Source: Lama guanicoe
Taxonomy: Eukaryota
Direction of reading: 5' to 3'
Length of the DNA: 64,000 nucleotides
Assembly (NCBI GenBank): GCA_013239625.1
Contig: MU053557.1
Coordinates: forward strand, 5,405,842-5,469,841
A program made the position numbers and the translations under genes. Below the pieces are notes generated by a model. The model saw nothing but the letters and a program-made list of their open reading frames with translations. It was not told the origin of the DNA and searched no databases. Position 1 is the stretch's first letter. Every line of letters starts with the position of its first letter. Positions 26,201 to 38,994 of the stretch are shown here, piece by piece.

Positions 26201-29200
26201 GGTTTCTACACTGGAAGCAACAAGTGTGTGAATTTCACACTCCTCCATTAGAAGTGGGTGTCTGCAGCTGTTCCCCGATTTCTGGACCCCACCATTCGTC
26301 CATCTACCCTCACTCGTCCATCTATCATGGGCCAAAGCCTTGCTTCCTCATCAAGTCAGAGCATATGAGGTTCACAAATTCAGCAAAGGGTCATAGCATC
26401 CAAACACACCCCCTCACGGCACACCTCCTGACCCTTCTTCCTCGGTATCTGCCAGGCTCTGGCAGAACACACCCTCAGAGCTCCTCGAGAAACTGAGCCC
26501 ATTAACAGGCCCCTGCAATCGTCAGAAAGTTCCTCCCCCTTACTGCAGGTCACTCTTTTCCATTAGTGCTCATCGATCCTGACCGCTTTCTGTAACATGT
26601 AGAAAAAGGGTAAGAAAAAACCCTTTGATTGTGAAGTTAAATATGCATGATCCTGGAGTACACGACAGGGCTTGTGCGGCTGCCAGTCTGAGCTGGCGTG
26701 GCTTGGAATCCTGGAATTGTTCTAGGGCTGGAAGGAGCTCAGAGATCATCTTGTTCAACCTCCCTGTTTTAGTGATGGGGAAACTGAGGCCCAGAGAGGG
26801 ACTGACTCACCCACAGGGTCTGATGACCACCTCTGGAACTCTGAGGGGCCCCCATAGCTGAGGCCCAGGCCCCACCCAGCCTCTCAGTCATGGGCTCTGG
26901 GGTCAGAAACACTCCGTGTCAGTCCCAGCTCCACCACTTCCTCGCTGCGGGACTCTGGGCAACTGACTTAACCTCTTAACTTCTCTGGGCATTTCTTCAT
27001 CTGTAAGACAGAGTGTTTATCTCTGCTCCTCGAGCTTGTTGCAATGATTAAATTAGTTCGGCAAATATTTATTGCGCACTTACTGAATGCCAGGCCTGTT
27101 GTAGGCTCCGAGGAGCACAGCAGGGGGCTTCACGGCGGTGGGTGTGAAGCACAAGGAACGTGTTCAGAGAGGGCTGGTCCTTGTTCTGTCATCCTGCACT
27201 CACGGCTTCCCAGCCGGGGCCCTACAGTCTCTGACGCTGGGGGGACATGGCTGGGGGTGGGGGACGCAGGGGAAAACAGTGGAGGAAGCTCTCCGCCTTC
27301 CAAGGGTCCACTGCTCATGGGGTTCTGAACCACATGCAGAAAAAATCAGGGGAGGGAGTACATTTCAGGAACGTCTGAGGACCCTCTCATTCCTTCCTGC
27401 CTCCTCACCACGCAGCAAACCATCCCGACTGAAACGCCCAGAGTCCCCTCCTTCAGCCCAGAAGGCAGCTGGTCTCAGAGCCAGACTGTGCCCGAGTGGT
27501 GAAAGTGAGCCTTCAGCACCCCCATGATGCAAAGGGCCCTTTTGTGGGCACAGCCCTTCACAAGGTGCAGAGCAGCTTCACAGCCAGGCTGTCTCACGCA
27601 GGAGGCGGGGAGAGCAGCCACCTTCTCTTAGCCACTGGCATAAGGTCCAGCCCTATGAAGGGCAGGAACTGTGCTAAGCGCCTTATCTTTACTGTAACTT
27701 TGTGGACTCTGCATCCTGCCCTTCTGCTCACCGAGGAGGGGCCTGACGCCCAAGGGGCAGAGCACTGGCCCAGTGTCACGCAGTCAGCCAGAGCCCAGGG
27801 TTGGGGGGCTGGTCAGTGCCTGGTCATCTGATGCCCAAACCTGGTGTTGTTTACCCACGGTGCCCACTGCCTTCTAGATGCAGATACAGCAACAAAGAGG
27901 ATGTGGGGGGCTGAGGCTGGCCACACAGTGGATTTAAGTGGAGCCAGAAAAAGCTCCAGGTCTCCTGACTCTGAATCCACGGTGCTTTCCGCTGCCCCAC
28001 ATCTGTGGGCAATTAGAAGTCTCAGCTCTTCTTCCCACAGAGAAGGGAGGGCTGCCCAATCACTGCTGAAGGGAGGGGGCTCACCATATGGTCTCCTTCC
28101 TCTTAGGACAAAGCCAGGGCCCCAGGTGAACCTGGGAGCAGGTAAGGCCTGAAGCTGAACTTCCTGCTGGAAAAGGTGCTGGAACCAAGAGCAGGCTCTG
28201 CGGGAGGATGGAGACTCTCCCCTCTGACCAGGGGCTCCCTGGGAGCAAGGGGGTTAAGTCTTTGGTTTCAAGCAGACCTCAGCCTAAAATAACTCTACTA
28301 ACTGTGTGACCCTGGGAAAGTCACTGAGCTTCTCTGAGCCTCATTTTCCTTGTCTTCAAAACAGGGGTAATAACAATACCAATTCCAAAGGCCTGCTGTG
28401 GGGATTATAAGGCATGCGAGGTTCCAGGCTCTGTGCCCGGGACAGGGTAAGCCCTGGATAATGGTGACCAATATGGTCTGCGTGTCCCCAAGTGTTGTGG
28501 ATTCAGGGCCCTGCTGCTTGGAGGCAGGTGAGGACTGTATGACTTCAGAAGGTCTCACTAGAGGCGTCTGCACTGTGGGATCCCCACTCCCTGTGTGACA
28601 CAGAAAAATGCAGTCTGGAGGAACCACATAAATTTCTGGAAAGGCACCTAAAGGAAGACAGGAGGTCTGGGTCCTGGGCTCACGCTTGGGAACACAAGGT
28701 CTTCCGTGAGTTCCTCCTCCCCTTCACGACCGCATTTTCTCAGCCCCACTGCCTTCCTGGGGACACTTTGGCCAGAACACAAACCGGGGAAGCCTGGGGC
28801 CTGAACGATTTCTGATGTGTAAATAGAACACAGAAAGAGAGAGCCAAGCAACAAGGCTCCAGCATGAAGGGCATGGCAAGCTCTTGGAAGACTGGAAAAA
28901 CCCAGGAAGGCTGCCTGGAGGAGGGAGAGTAGGGAGGGTCCTTGAAGGAAAGGGAAGGTGATGAGGAAGGGCATGCCTACAGGCAGAGTGGTGAAAATTC
29001 CTTCTGGGAATCCTGAGATCTGACTGACAGGAACACAAAGCCCAAGCTGGGCATGATGGGGAGGGAGCTTACTGTCTCCCAGAGCTCTGCCAACTGTTAG
29101 CTGGGTAGCACAGGTTTGTGGCTGCTGTGAGCCTCAGTTCCCTCATGCGTAAATGGGGTATAAAATCAGTCCCTGCCACTGGAGTTGCTAGTGAGCGTCA

Positions 29201-30073
29201 CGTGAGATCATGCTTATAAAATACTCCGCATGGTCCTGGCATGCAGTAAGTATCAATCACTGTTAGGAGTTCGTTAGGAGTTAAGAGTTTGGAGTTTGGG
29301 CTTTCCGCAGTCACCTTTTACCCGGGAGACTCACAGAAGGAATCATGATCAGATTCATGTTTTAGGGGGGAGCGGAGAAGGAGGGAGACAGTGAGGAGGC
29401 CTGAGCAGCTGGGACCAGAGGAAAGGGGCCAGCAGCCCACCCCCCTGCTTCAGAGAGGGGCCCCCATATCTGTGGGCCAGATCCCAGACCCCAGCCCCGC
29501 TGCATGACTGTTAGGATGGGCCTGCCACAGCCCCTTCGCCTTCGCACTTTCCCAGCCGCTGGGGGTTTGGAAGGACATCTTAGGAATCTGGAAAATTTGC
29601 AAATCCATTTAAATCCTGAGAGGTTGCCGGGCGGCTGACTGGCCTAGAGCCAGACAGATTCTTAGGGACAAGGCCTAGGCCCAGCCAGGGACAGAGGCTG
29701 TGGGTCTGAGGTCCCCTATCCCCTGCCAGGTCCCGTTTCCATGTACCCTGTCGGCCATCTCCCAATTCCCCTCTCATGCCCCTTCCAGCTCTCCCGTCTC
29801 CCAACAAGCGGTGCTATGCTTTGGAGGGCCCCCTGCTCAGCACCTAGAAACCTCTGGGGTTTGTTTGATGAGGGCAGAGGGCACCCACCCCAGAAGCAGC
29901 CTGAGCAGAAGAGAGCTGGCTCCTCCAGCCCTGATGTCACCCACAGCCTCCCGGCCTCCTCCCATCTGGTTTTGTTAAAAATATTTTCCATTTTTTGACC
30001 TACTCGAGAAGGCGCAGTCTGGGACAAGGGGACAGGACAAGAGCCCGGGGACCCCCCTCTTCCCAGCACTTAC

Positions 30074-30504
30074 CTTGCTGTTGATGCTTTCTGAAGAGAA
30101 GGCAACGTCCTGGGCTCTGGGCTGTCACCCCCTCCAGGAAGACCTCCTGTTATTAGAAAATCTATGCCGGACCCAAAATGGGGCAGCGGCTGGGTTGGAG
30201 GGCAGCGAGGACAGTTGTAGGCTCACAGAGCCTCAGGAGAATGGAGGGAGTTGGGGGCTGCAGGGGTGAGGAGTGGCCTCACTCCCAAAGCATCCTTCTA
30301 GAGGAGCAGGGCTGCCAGGAGGGGCCGCCCTGGGTCTGGCTGTCTGTGTCTCACTGCACAGGCTGCTGCCTGGTGGCGCTGGTTAGAGGGGCCCGGCTCT
30401 CTCCTCCTAGTCCCTCCTCCACTCCGGCTCCAAGTTGTTCACAAAACGATCCTGGGTCCCAGACGGGGCGGGCAGGGACTGCAAGCTGCTGGCAGCCCCA
30501 GGAG
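30074..30504 (-). other. PDGFRB: PDGFRB non-coding exon 1 (5' UTR); 5' end approximate
   Basis: Ends ...catcaacagcaag|GTAAGT, a perfect donor. The sequence resembles the PDGFRB mRNA leader as I recall it, and lies directly downstream of CCAAT and GC boxes. Confidence 0.85.
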
Positions 30505-30539
30505 CTCACACCACCGTGGGCTTCCCTGCCCCCCCACTT

Positions 30540-30790
30540 TGGGGGAAAGGCTGCAGGGTGGCCTCTGATTGGCTCAGCTGGGAGAAGGGGGGTTGGGGCG
30601 GGGAAGGTGGACGCGTGCGTCTGTTTTCAATTTCAGTTTGCCCCCCCTTTCTTTTCCCCCAAGTTTCTTGTTTTTCTTCCTCTTTTCCCTCTGCTTGCTC
30701 CCTCCCTTTGCCTGCTCACTCAGGATGTGAGGGGATGTTTAGAAATTCCGCAGCCCACGCCAGCCAGCCGCTGAGTCACTTTTATTAACG
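30540..30790 (-). promoter_or_regulatory. PDGFRB TATA-less proximal promoter: CCAAT box (30568-30572), GC box (30595-30603), G-rich element, AP-1 TGAGTCA (30772-30778)
   Basis: The motifs are seen directly. NF-Y and Sp1 dependence of the PDGFRB promoter is established knowledge. Confidence 0.8.
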
Positions 30791-32157
30791 AGTGGCCTGG
30801 CCCCACTCGCCTGATGTCTGTTGCGGGTGGCAGCCTCCCCTTGCTGTGGCACCTGGGGAGGGTCCCTTCTCTGTGCCTCAGCTTCCCCATCTGAAAAGGG
30901 AGCCCCGATTACCTATACGGTCGATTCAGTCAACGTTCATTCACTGAACAAGCATGTTGAACACCTACTGTGTGCCAGCCACTGTGCTGGGTATTGGGAA
31001 TGCAGTGGTAAGTTACAGTCCCCGACCTCAGGCGGCCCAGGCTAGTCGGGGAGGCAGTGCTCAGGGAGGGCAGGGATACTGAGAGTGCATTTAGAGGGGC
31101 ACTCATCGAGGCTTGAGGGAACCAGAAAAGGGCTTCTGAGAAAAGGTGACTTAAGAGATGGAAAGCTCTTCTGAGATTAGCAGTCACTTCTTAGAAAAAG
31201 AAATCAAGGCCCACGGGTGAACTGGCACAGAGAGAGAAAGAGACATGCCCAGGGTCACCCAGCAAACTTCAGATTTCCAGACATGACCCTCTATTATCTC
31301 AAAGCCCGTGGAATACCAGGAAAGGAGATTTTCCTCATCTCATAGACAAGGGACTGAAGCCCAGAGGAGTGAAATGAGCTTCCGAAGCTCACATGGCAAC
31401 AGCAGAGCTCCAGCAGAATCAGATGTCGTGAGTGACATGACAGAAAAGATACAGGTGATCTGACCCCAAAGGAAGACCCACACTGCAGTGTCGACTGGCC
31501 CTCCTGTCCCTCCTTCTTCCTGGGTTATCCCATTCCCTGCCCCTCATTCATTTTCGAGCACCTGCTACGTTCCATTTTCCTCCTCCTGCCCGCCTCTGCA
31601 CAAAGGCCTGCCAAGGCTCCTCCAGGAGCCCCTGGGCCTCTCACCCGCCTCACTTCTTCAATCCTCATGTCCTCAGATCAGAACATGTCTCTAGTCACAG
31701 TCTCCTGGCCAAGGGCATCATTTTTAAATGGCGTAGAGAGTGGAGAGCATCACCTCTCCCCCTACTAGTGTATACCTGGGGAAACGGAGTCCCAGGGAGG
31801 GGATCCCAGGTCACACAGGTAGAGCCTGCCTCTGCCCGGAGCACTTCCATCCTGCCCTCTGTCTCCTTTCCCTCCTGGGACTCACCTCAGGTTCCTGTTC
31901 ATGGGGGAAGGGGGGTTGCTTGAGCTGGAATTTCATGGCAACCATGGAAACCTCTCTTGTGATCATTTCTTGGTCTTGTCCCAGTGGGGATTGCTGAGCA
32001 GAGTGTCTGGGCTGAGCCACACAGAGGGAGAAGGGCTCTCAGACTGGCTCCAGGCCATGGCGTGGGGGCCATGAGAGCCTCCCAAGAGAGTGGGCCGGGC
32101 CCAACTCAGTGGCAGTGGGGTCACAGGGGAACACGAGGGGCTCCAAAGACCGCAAGA

Positions 32158-33700
32158 TCAGGCCTGCCTGCATAAGCATTTTCTGTGCCCAAAGATTCCA
32201 TCAGTGTTCACAACTCCCCTCCGAGCATCTGCCCTGGCTGTTCATCTCCAAATCCTTGGCCCAGCTGCTGGGACCAGGTCAGTGGGGGCAGTGGGGGAGA
32301 ACAAGGGGGCATTTCAACCAATATCCAAAAAAGATAGTCTGGGAGTCAGGAGACCCAGCTGTGAACTTGCTGTGTGGCCTTGGATAGGTACCTTGGCCTC
32401 CCTGAGCCTCAGTTTCCCCATCCACACATAACAAGGGTGGACTCACTGTGTTGCAGGGCCTTTGGGGATGCTTTGTCTGCAAGTTTCTTCGAGTTGGACT
32501 CTAGCTAGGAGAGGAGGCTGGTGGGCCCCAGGGCAAGGGGACAGCTGGGGGCCAGAGATGCAACACAGAGGGGAGGGGGCGGCTGCTGGTGGCTCCCCGG
32601 GGAAGCTGGCGGCCGCCGGTTTCCGGCCAGCCCAGCCGTCCGGCTGGCCCATCTGGAATCACTTAGCCCCTACCACCATTAACCCTTGGCGGGCACCAGG
32701 GCTATTATGCCTCTGCAGAGCTGAGATGAGGTTGGGGGATGCAGAACCACAGGGAACACCACAGGACACTTGCTAAGGGCTGGACAGCTGAGGAAGAGGG
32801 GTCATGATTGACAGGGCAGGTTCTGGAGCCAGAGACAGAGCTGGTTCAAATCCCGCTTCTGCAATTCCAAGCTACATGATCTTGACAAGTCACTTAAGCT
32901 TCTGAGCCTCAGTTCCTCCTCTGAAAAATGGAGATATTTCAAGGAATGACTCAAAAGATTGTTGGGATTTGTAATGCACTTTAAGGGCTTAGTACAATGT
33001 CCGAAGTGTTCTTGAAATAGTGCATTTCCCTCATTCTAGCTGTGGCCCATCCCTGTGTGCCCCTGGGCTGAGCTGTCCCTTCTCTGGGCCTCAGTTTCCC
33101 CTGTATACTCTGAAGGGGCTGGGCAGTGGGCACAGCAGCATCGTCATGCTGGGGTGGTCAGCATGGCCCCCAATCCCACTGTGCACAGGATGAGCCACAA
33201 GCAGTCTCCCACCTCCCAGGTGCTGGGAGCCTCAGACAATCCTGTTTAGGGGAGGCTAGACTGAGAGTGCACGGTGGGCAGAGCATGGAGAGTGGGGAGC
33301 CCTGCCTGAGGTGGAGTGGCATGGGGTGCAGAGGGAGAGAGGAGCCTTACGCCCTGGGGTTCAGCACGTCCCCTCCCCACTGCATGGTGGCATGCTCGGG
33401 GATTGAGAGCCTGAGCTCTGATATCGGCAGTTCCAGCACAGCTCTGCCACTTCCTAGCTGTGTGACCTTGGACAAACTACATGATCTGAGTTCAAAGAGC
33501 CTCAGTGTTTTGAGCTATAAAATGGGAATAAGTGTGCCAGCCTCACAAAGTTGTTGAGAGGCCTGAGTAAGTGATGCACAGAAGGTCAGGCCTGCCTGCA
33601 CAAGAATTTCCTGTGCCCAAAGATTCCATCAGTCTTCACAACTCCCCTCCGAGCGTCTGTCCTGGCTGTTCACCTCCAAAGCCTTGGCCCAGATGCTGGG
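32158..33700. repeat. Dispersed direct repeat: 115-bp copies at 32158-32272 and 33586-33700
   Basis: Ungapped alignment by eye gives 9 mismatches in 115 bp. Confidence 0.9.
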
Positions 33701-34869
33701 CCTGGCAGCCCAGCTTTTGGTGCAAGGACTATGGGAGAGTGAGAAACACCATGAAAGCTGCCTGCTTCTCAGGTGTCACCAGGAGCTGCCGTCACAGAAG
33801 TCCACCACCAGGGCTGGAGAGAAGCTGGTCCAACGGCTCCTTTTGCAGCCAGCATGCCTGAGACCCAGGGATGGAAAGTGACGGTGATGTGTGAGATGAG
33901 GACCGGAGCTCAGGCTTTGGTCTAGACTCTCAGCCCTATGTTCTTCTGTGAAGGCGGGAACCGGGCTGAACTGACCCCCCCCTCAGCCCCCCACCCACGC
34001 TCCTTAGAGCCGGAAGCCAGGGTTCTCAGTGGGGCAGGGGAGGGGGCCGGAAAGGGCGCCTGAGTGGGAGAATTCCCAGTAGGCCGGCTCAGCGCTCGCT
34101 CAGACAGGGCCAGCGGCCACCACATCTGGCTCTCCCACGCTCCCGGCGCTGCCCCCCCCCGGCCCAGGCTCTCCAGGCCTGGGCTGAGGACACAGCACAC
34201 ATGGCCCAGGCATCAGCACAGGCATCTTGGATGTCAGGGCCTGAAGAGTCCTAAGATGAGTCCATTGGACAGATAAAAACTGAGGCCCAGAGAGCAGAGG
34301 GGACTTGCCTGAGGTTGGCAGAGACAAAATGAGCCTGGGATGCAGGACTCCTGGCCCCTAGCTCAGTGTTTTTCCACCCTGCACACCCTGAGCAGCTAGG
34401 TCCTTACACTTGCACGGGGGGAGCCAAAAGGGTCACACAGTGGAAACTGCCCCTTCCCCTCCCGGACACTAAGCATAATGGCCCTCTGCTTGGGCAGAGG
34501 GACCAGTAGGGGCTTCAGGCCACATTCCCACCCTAGATTCCTAAGACTGCTCTTGCTGGGCCAGAGTGTTACCACCAAGGCCAGATAGAGTCCCAGGAGA
34601 TAAGGGCTTCAGTACCCTGCCCACCTCAGCCTCTCCTCACCCTCCAGCTGGCCTTGGTCTCAGTGCCCCAGGGAACAAGGGTGTGTCCTTCTGGTACACA
34701 GATGGCTCAAGGATCATCAGAACAGAATGGCCCTCAGAAGCCTCATATGACCCCTTACTGGATATACTGGGTCCCAGAGAAGGCCAAAACTCTCTGGAGG
34801 GCACACAGTAGGTCTTGAGGGCACACAGTGGGGTCTCTGACTCTCAGGCCCTTCTGTTTCTCCCACTAT

Positions 34870-35410
34870 TTATCCATGCAACAGAAATTAACTGAACACC
34901 TACTATGTGTCCTGCGCTCATAGAGCTCATTAGCAAACGAAAAGAAAACAAATTAATAATGACAAATGTGATAAAAGAGACACAGAATAAAAGGCTGGGT
35001 AGGTGGAGGTTCTTATTTAGCTAGATTATGGCTTCTCTGGGGAGGAAATATTTCAACTGAGATCTGAGGTCAAGAGGTCACACACTATGCAGGGGCAGGA
35101 ACAGTGTTCTAGGCAGAAGGAACAGCGTGTGCAAAAGCTTGAATGTCAGAGAGAGCTTGGTAGGTTTGAACAAGAAGAAAAGAATGGTTGAAGCACAGAG
35201 AGGGGATATGGTGGGGAATAGGCTGGAGAGGTAGTAAGGAGCTTTGTGAACCCAACAGAAGTCTCGCTTTTGTCCCAAGGGTCAGGAGGGGCCACTGCAG
35301 GATTTTAAACAGGGGGCTGATGAGATCAGGCCTCCTAATATACTGTGGGGGATGGTTAACAGGCAAAGTGAGGCTGGGGGCTAGTAGAGAGGCTACTGTA
35401 GTCAGCTGTG
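34870..35410 (-). mobile_element. L2 fragment
   Basis: atttaactgaacacctactatgtgtc...ggcagaaggaacagcgtgtgcaaa...gaggggccactgcaggattttaa. Confidence 0.6.
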
Positions 35411-35777
35411 GGCTGACTGCCCCCATCCTCACTGTATCTATCCAAGAGGCTGCAGAAATGCACCCAACTGGGACCTGGGGACTCTGGGCCCCACTCCATG
35501 CTTGACCACTGACTCGCAGTGTAAGCTCTTTCTTCCCTGGCCTCTGTATCTCTTCTGAACAACAGGTCAGACACAGTGCTCCTTCAGATAAGGGCAGTCT
35601 GCCCCTTGGGCCTCTGGTTCTAGCGCCCTCTCTGCTCCCTAAGTGGCTGTGTCCTGGGGTACTGTCTCCCTCCCTAATGCTTCTGTTTCTCCACTGGGAG
35701 GAGGAGGGGAATCAGCACATCCTGGGTCACGATTGAGGCTAGGCTGCCAGGGAGGCCTCCGGTAGTACCTCATAGGG

Positions 35778-35791
35778 CCAGTAGGTGGCGC
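35778..35791 (+). promoter_or_regulatory. CTCF core motif CCAGTAGGTGGCGC
   Basis: Exact match to the CCASYAGRKGGCRS consensus. Confidence 0.65.
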
Positions 35792-38319
35792 CCCCAGCCT
35801 CTGGAGAGGGTGGGAAGAGAGAGGAAGATGATGGGAGGGGAAAACGGAGGGCAGAGGGGCTCACAGGAGCCCCAGCACAAATCCATGAGTCTCACATTTG
35901 CCCCCAGAGGTGGACAGGGATTACCATCCCCACTTCCACCTCAGGAACTGCCCAAAGAGGGAGAGTTCCTCACCCAAGATCACAAAGTGAGCTCGAGGCT
36001 TGGTTGGGACTAGGGGTGAAGTCTGGGTAAGCCCGATGCTGGCCCCAGTGCCCACCAGCTTCTCTTAAGCAAATCATTTCCAACAGAAAGCTGAGCCCAG
36101 AACCTCTTCTCTTTAAGGGTCATAAACCTGATTTAAAACCAAGTTATCACCAAGATCTTTATGAGGCCATCGTCTCTGGGCCCCACCCCAGAAGGCCCTG
36201 GTCGGGTGTGTGAGAGCAGCGCAGAGGGAGGACTTCCAGAGGCAAGAGGGGCCCAGCCAGGGAGTCAGAGGGAAGGAGGGGTCCAGTAAACAACCGCTCC
36301 CAGAGATAAGTGGCTGTCAGAGAGGAAGACGCTGCGACATGGTCGATGGGGGGCTTCTCCACCCACGCATGGTCACGGCACCCCAGCTGGATGGCAGTGT
36401 GAGCTTACCAGTCCCCACTGGGCACAGGGGGACCCTGAGGCCCAGGGAGGCAAGGGTTCAAGGTCACATGGTGAGTCAGAGGCCAGGGTGGGGGAAGACT
36501 TGCGAATTCAGAAGCCCAGCCTGAAAATTTTAAACAAGGCGACAGTGTCCACAGAGGTGTCACATCAGGGATAGCTCAGGTCTCTGATTGAGGAGTCCAC
36601 CTAGGGGTGAAGGTGAGGGGGGAGCTGAGGTTTTTTTGCATGAGGAAGCCAGAGGAGGAAGAGGAACCAGGTATTTGTTTAAGCAAAACCCCAGGGTAGG
36701 GAGAGAGGCACACACAGGCTCACTCTCTTCCCAGGCAGCTCGTGTTGGAGAGGAAAGGAAAACTTCCAGAGAGGCTGCTGACCTGCTGTGTGGCCTCAGG
36801 CAGGTGACTTCACTTCTCTGAGCTCTAGCTGCTTCATCTGTGAAATGGGGAGAACAAATTACCCTACCTCACTGGGCTGTCTGAGGATGACATGAGATTA
36901 ATAGATGAAAAAGACTTGGCATGATGCCTAGCACTTAACAAATGCTCAATAAAGCATGATGTTATTGCTATTATTATTCCAGCACAGGCAAAAGGCAAAC
37001 TCTGAAGTCTCAAGAGAGAGGCAGTGAAAGGGCGCTGAGCTGGGCATCAGAAGACGTGGGTCTGTCTGTTTCCCATATAGCAATGACCTGCTGCGGGAAC
37101 TTGGGAAAAAAATCCCTTCTTTCTTTAGGCTTCTGAGCCTCCGTTCCCCTATCTGTAAAATGAGTAGGTTGACTCTCTAAGGGTCTTCCATGGTCAGGAT
37201 GCTACAAAATCTATGATGTCCCTGCTTTCCTACCCTACGTGGATCAGGGGTGCTGTTTGGAGGATCAAGCAGGCTCGGCTGAGGACAACCTCAGCCACTC
37301 TAGCTGGGCAGTGAGAAAGGCCAGTGGGGTCAGGAGACCCAGCTTCTATGCCCAGCCCTGCGCCTGTGTGACCTTGGCCAGTCACCTAGACCTCTCTGTG
37401 CTTCCCTTCCTTATCCAGAAATGGGGCCAGTTTATCTGACCTTTCCCCATGCCCAGGGCTCAGGAAAGAGCAGGCCCACCCCAAGAGGTGTCTGCAGGGT
37501 GGCAGGCATGTCCCGCCTCCACCCTAGCAGAGGGCAGCACTGAAGGGACTACGGAGCAGCTGGGATGGCTCCTTGAGGCCTCAGACCTCCCTGGCTCTGC
37601 TCTTTCCCTGGCCAGGGAAGTAGTCTCCGTGTTCCCTGGAAAATCCCCCATCTCTCAGCCACCACCCAAGTCCTGGACACCATCTTCATGACTCCTGGAC
37701 CCCTGCCCAGCTTCCTTTCTGTGCTTGGGCTCCCCACCTCTCCCCTGGCTCACTCTCCACACACCAGCCACAGCCATCTGCCCACTACCCACCTGTCCAC
37801 CATTCAAAACCCCCAAACCCCTCATCAGGCCTTGCTCTGCCTCCCTCCAGACTCATCTTGTCCCCCTCCCCAAACTCAGACCTTCAATCCCCACCCCAGT
37901 TCTTTTCTTCCTCCAGTCTGAGCAGTCCTGGTTACATCAGCTCAGAGAACAGAGTTCAGTCCTCTTGGGCCTATCCTCCCTTCTCTGTAGACTTCCCAGT
38001 TTAATGGAAGTTTGGGTCCTGGGTGGAATCCAGCATTCCAGATGACTTCCGTGCAAAATTTCACCAACACATCCACTTCCTGATCTTCCCTACTGAGGCA
38101 CCCATGTGCTCCTTCACATCAGCCACAACCCATGCAGCCATCTTTCTCCTCTTCCAGACAGCATCCCTTTTGGCTGCACTGGGCACAACCCCTTTCCTGT
38201 CTGGGTCTCAGTGCTTCCACGTGTACAATGAGAAGACTTCCTCCTAGCAGGAAGAGGCACCGTGTGCTAACCGTCCTCCACTCTGTGACAGTATCCATCA
38301 GAAGAACAAGATTCTGACC

Positions 38320-38486
38320 TAGACCAGCTTCATGGATGAGTTACCTGTGTAGTCACACAGGGCACATGTTTAGAAGGACCCCACGCTTGGTTGAATGTTC
38401 TGCTATTGCCATCTTGAAATCTGTAATAATTTTTGAACAAGGAATCTCATTTTGCAATGGGCCCTGTAAATTGTGTCCTGATCCTG
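38320..38486 (+). mobile_element. MER91A-like hAT-Tip100 MITE
   Basis: ccagcttcatgg...acctgtgtagtcacacaggg...atcttgaaat...aatttttgaacaagg...gggccctgtaaatt...cctg. Confidence 0.7.
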
Positions 38487-38994
38487 ACACATGTGTCTAG
38501 CCCTGAGAAGATGCTGAGCTGCCTTGGCTGAGGTGGTGATCCAAGGGAGGGACAAGCTGAATAGGTAAGACCCTGATTCTGTCCACCTTCTAGGGACCAC
38601 ATGTCCCTGCACATTTAGGGGCGCCTAGGAAATGCTGGTGAAGCAAACCCCATAGTGGGGTTCTGTGCAGCTCCTTAGCACTGAACTCCTGCAGGGAGGG
38701 AACCCATCTCCCACAGGATTCCTGAAGAGCCCTGTCCTTCGTGAATCCTCCCCCAAATCCCCCATCTCGGCTCCCCACTCCCAGTTCACTGATGGCTCCT
38801 CAATTGCTTACCCCCCACCCCACCGCCCCCTTTTGGGTAGCTGCAAAATGTTTGGCAGTTTTTAATTGGGCAGGGTTGGGTGGATTTGCATGATGCATTT
38901 AAAATCCAAGAGGGCTCCAGCTATAATAAATGGATCAGGGCTTTAGGATAAACCAACTATTAAAAGGGCATTTTTGAATCAACTGAAACACTTT

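Noticed and set aside
34797..34836. 20-bp tandem duplication gagggcacacagt(a/g)gg...
   Set aside because: Ordinary micro-duplication with no recognisable motif.
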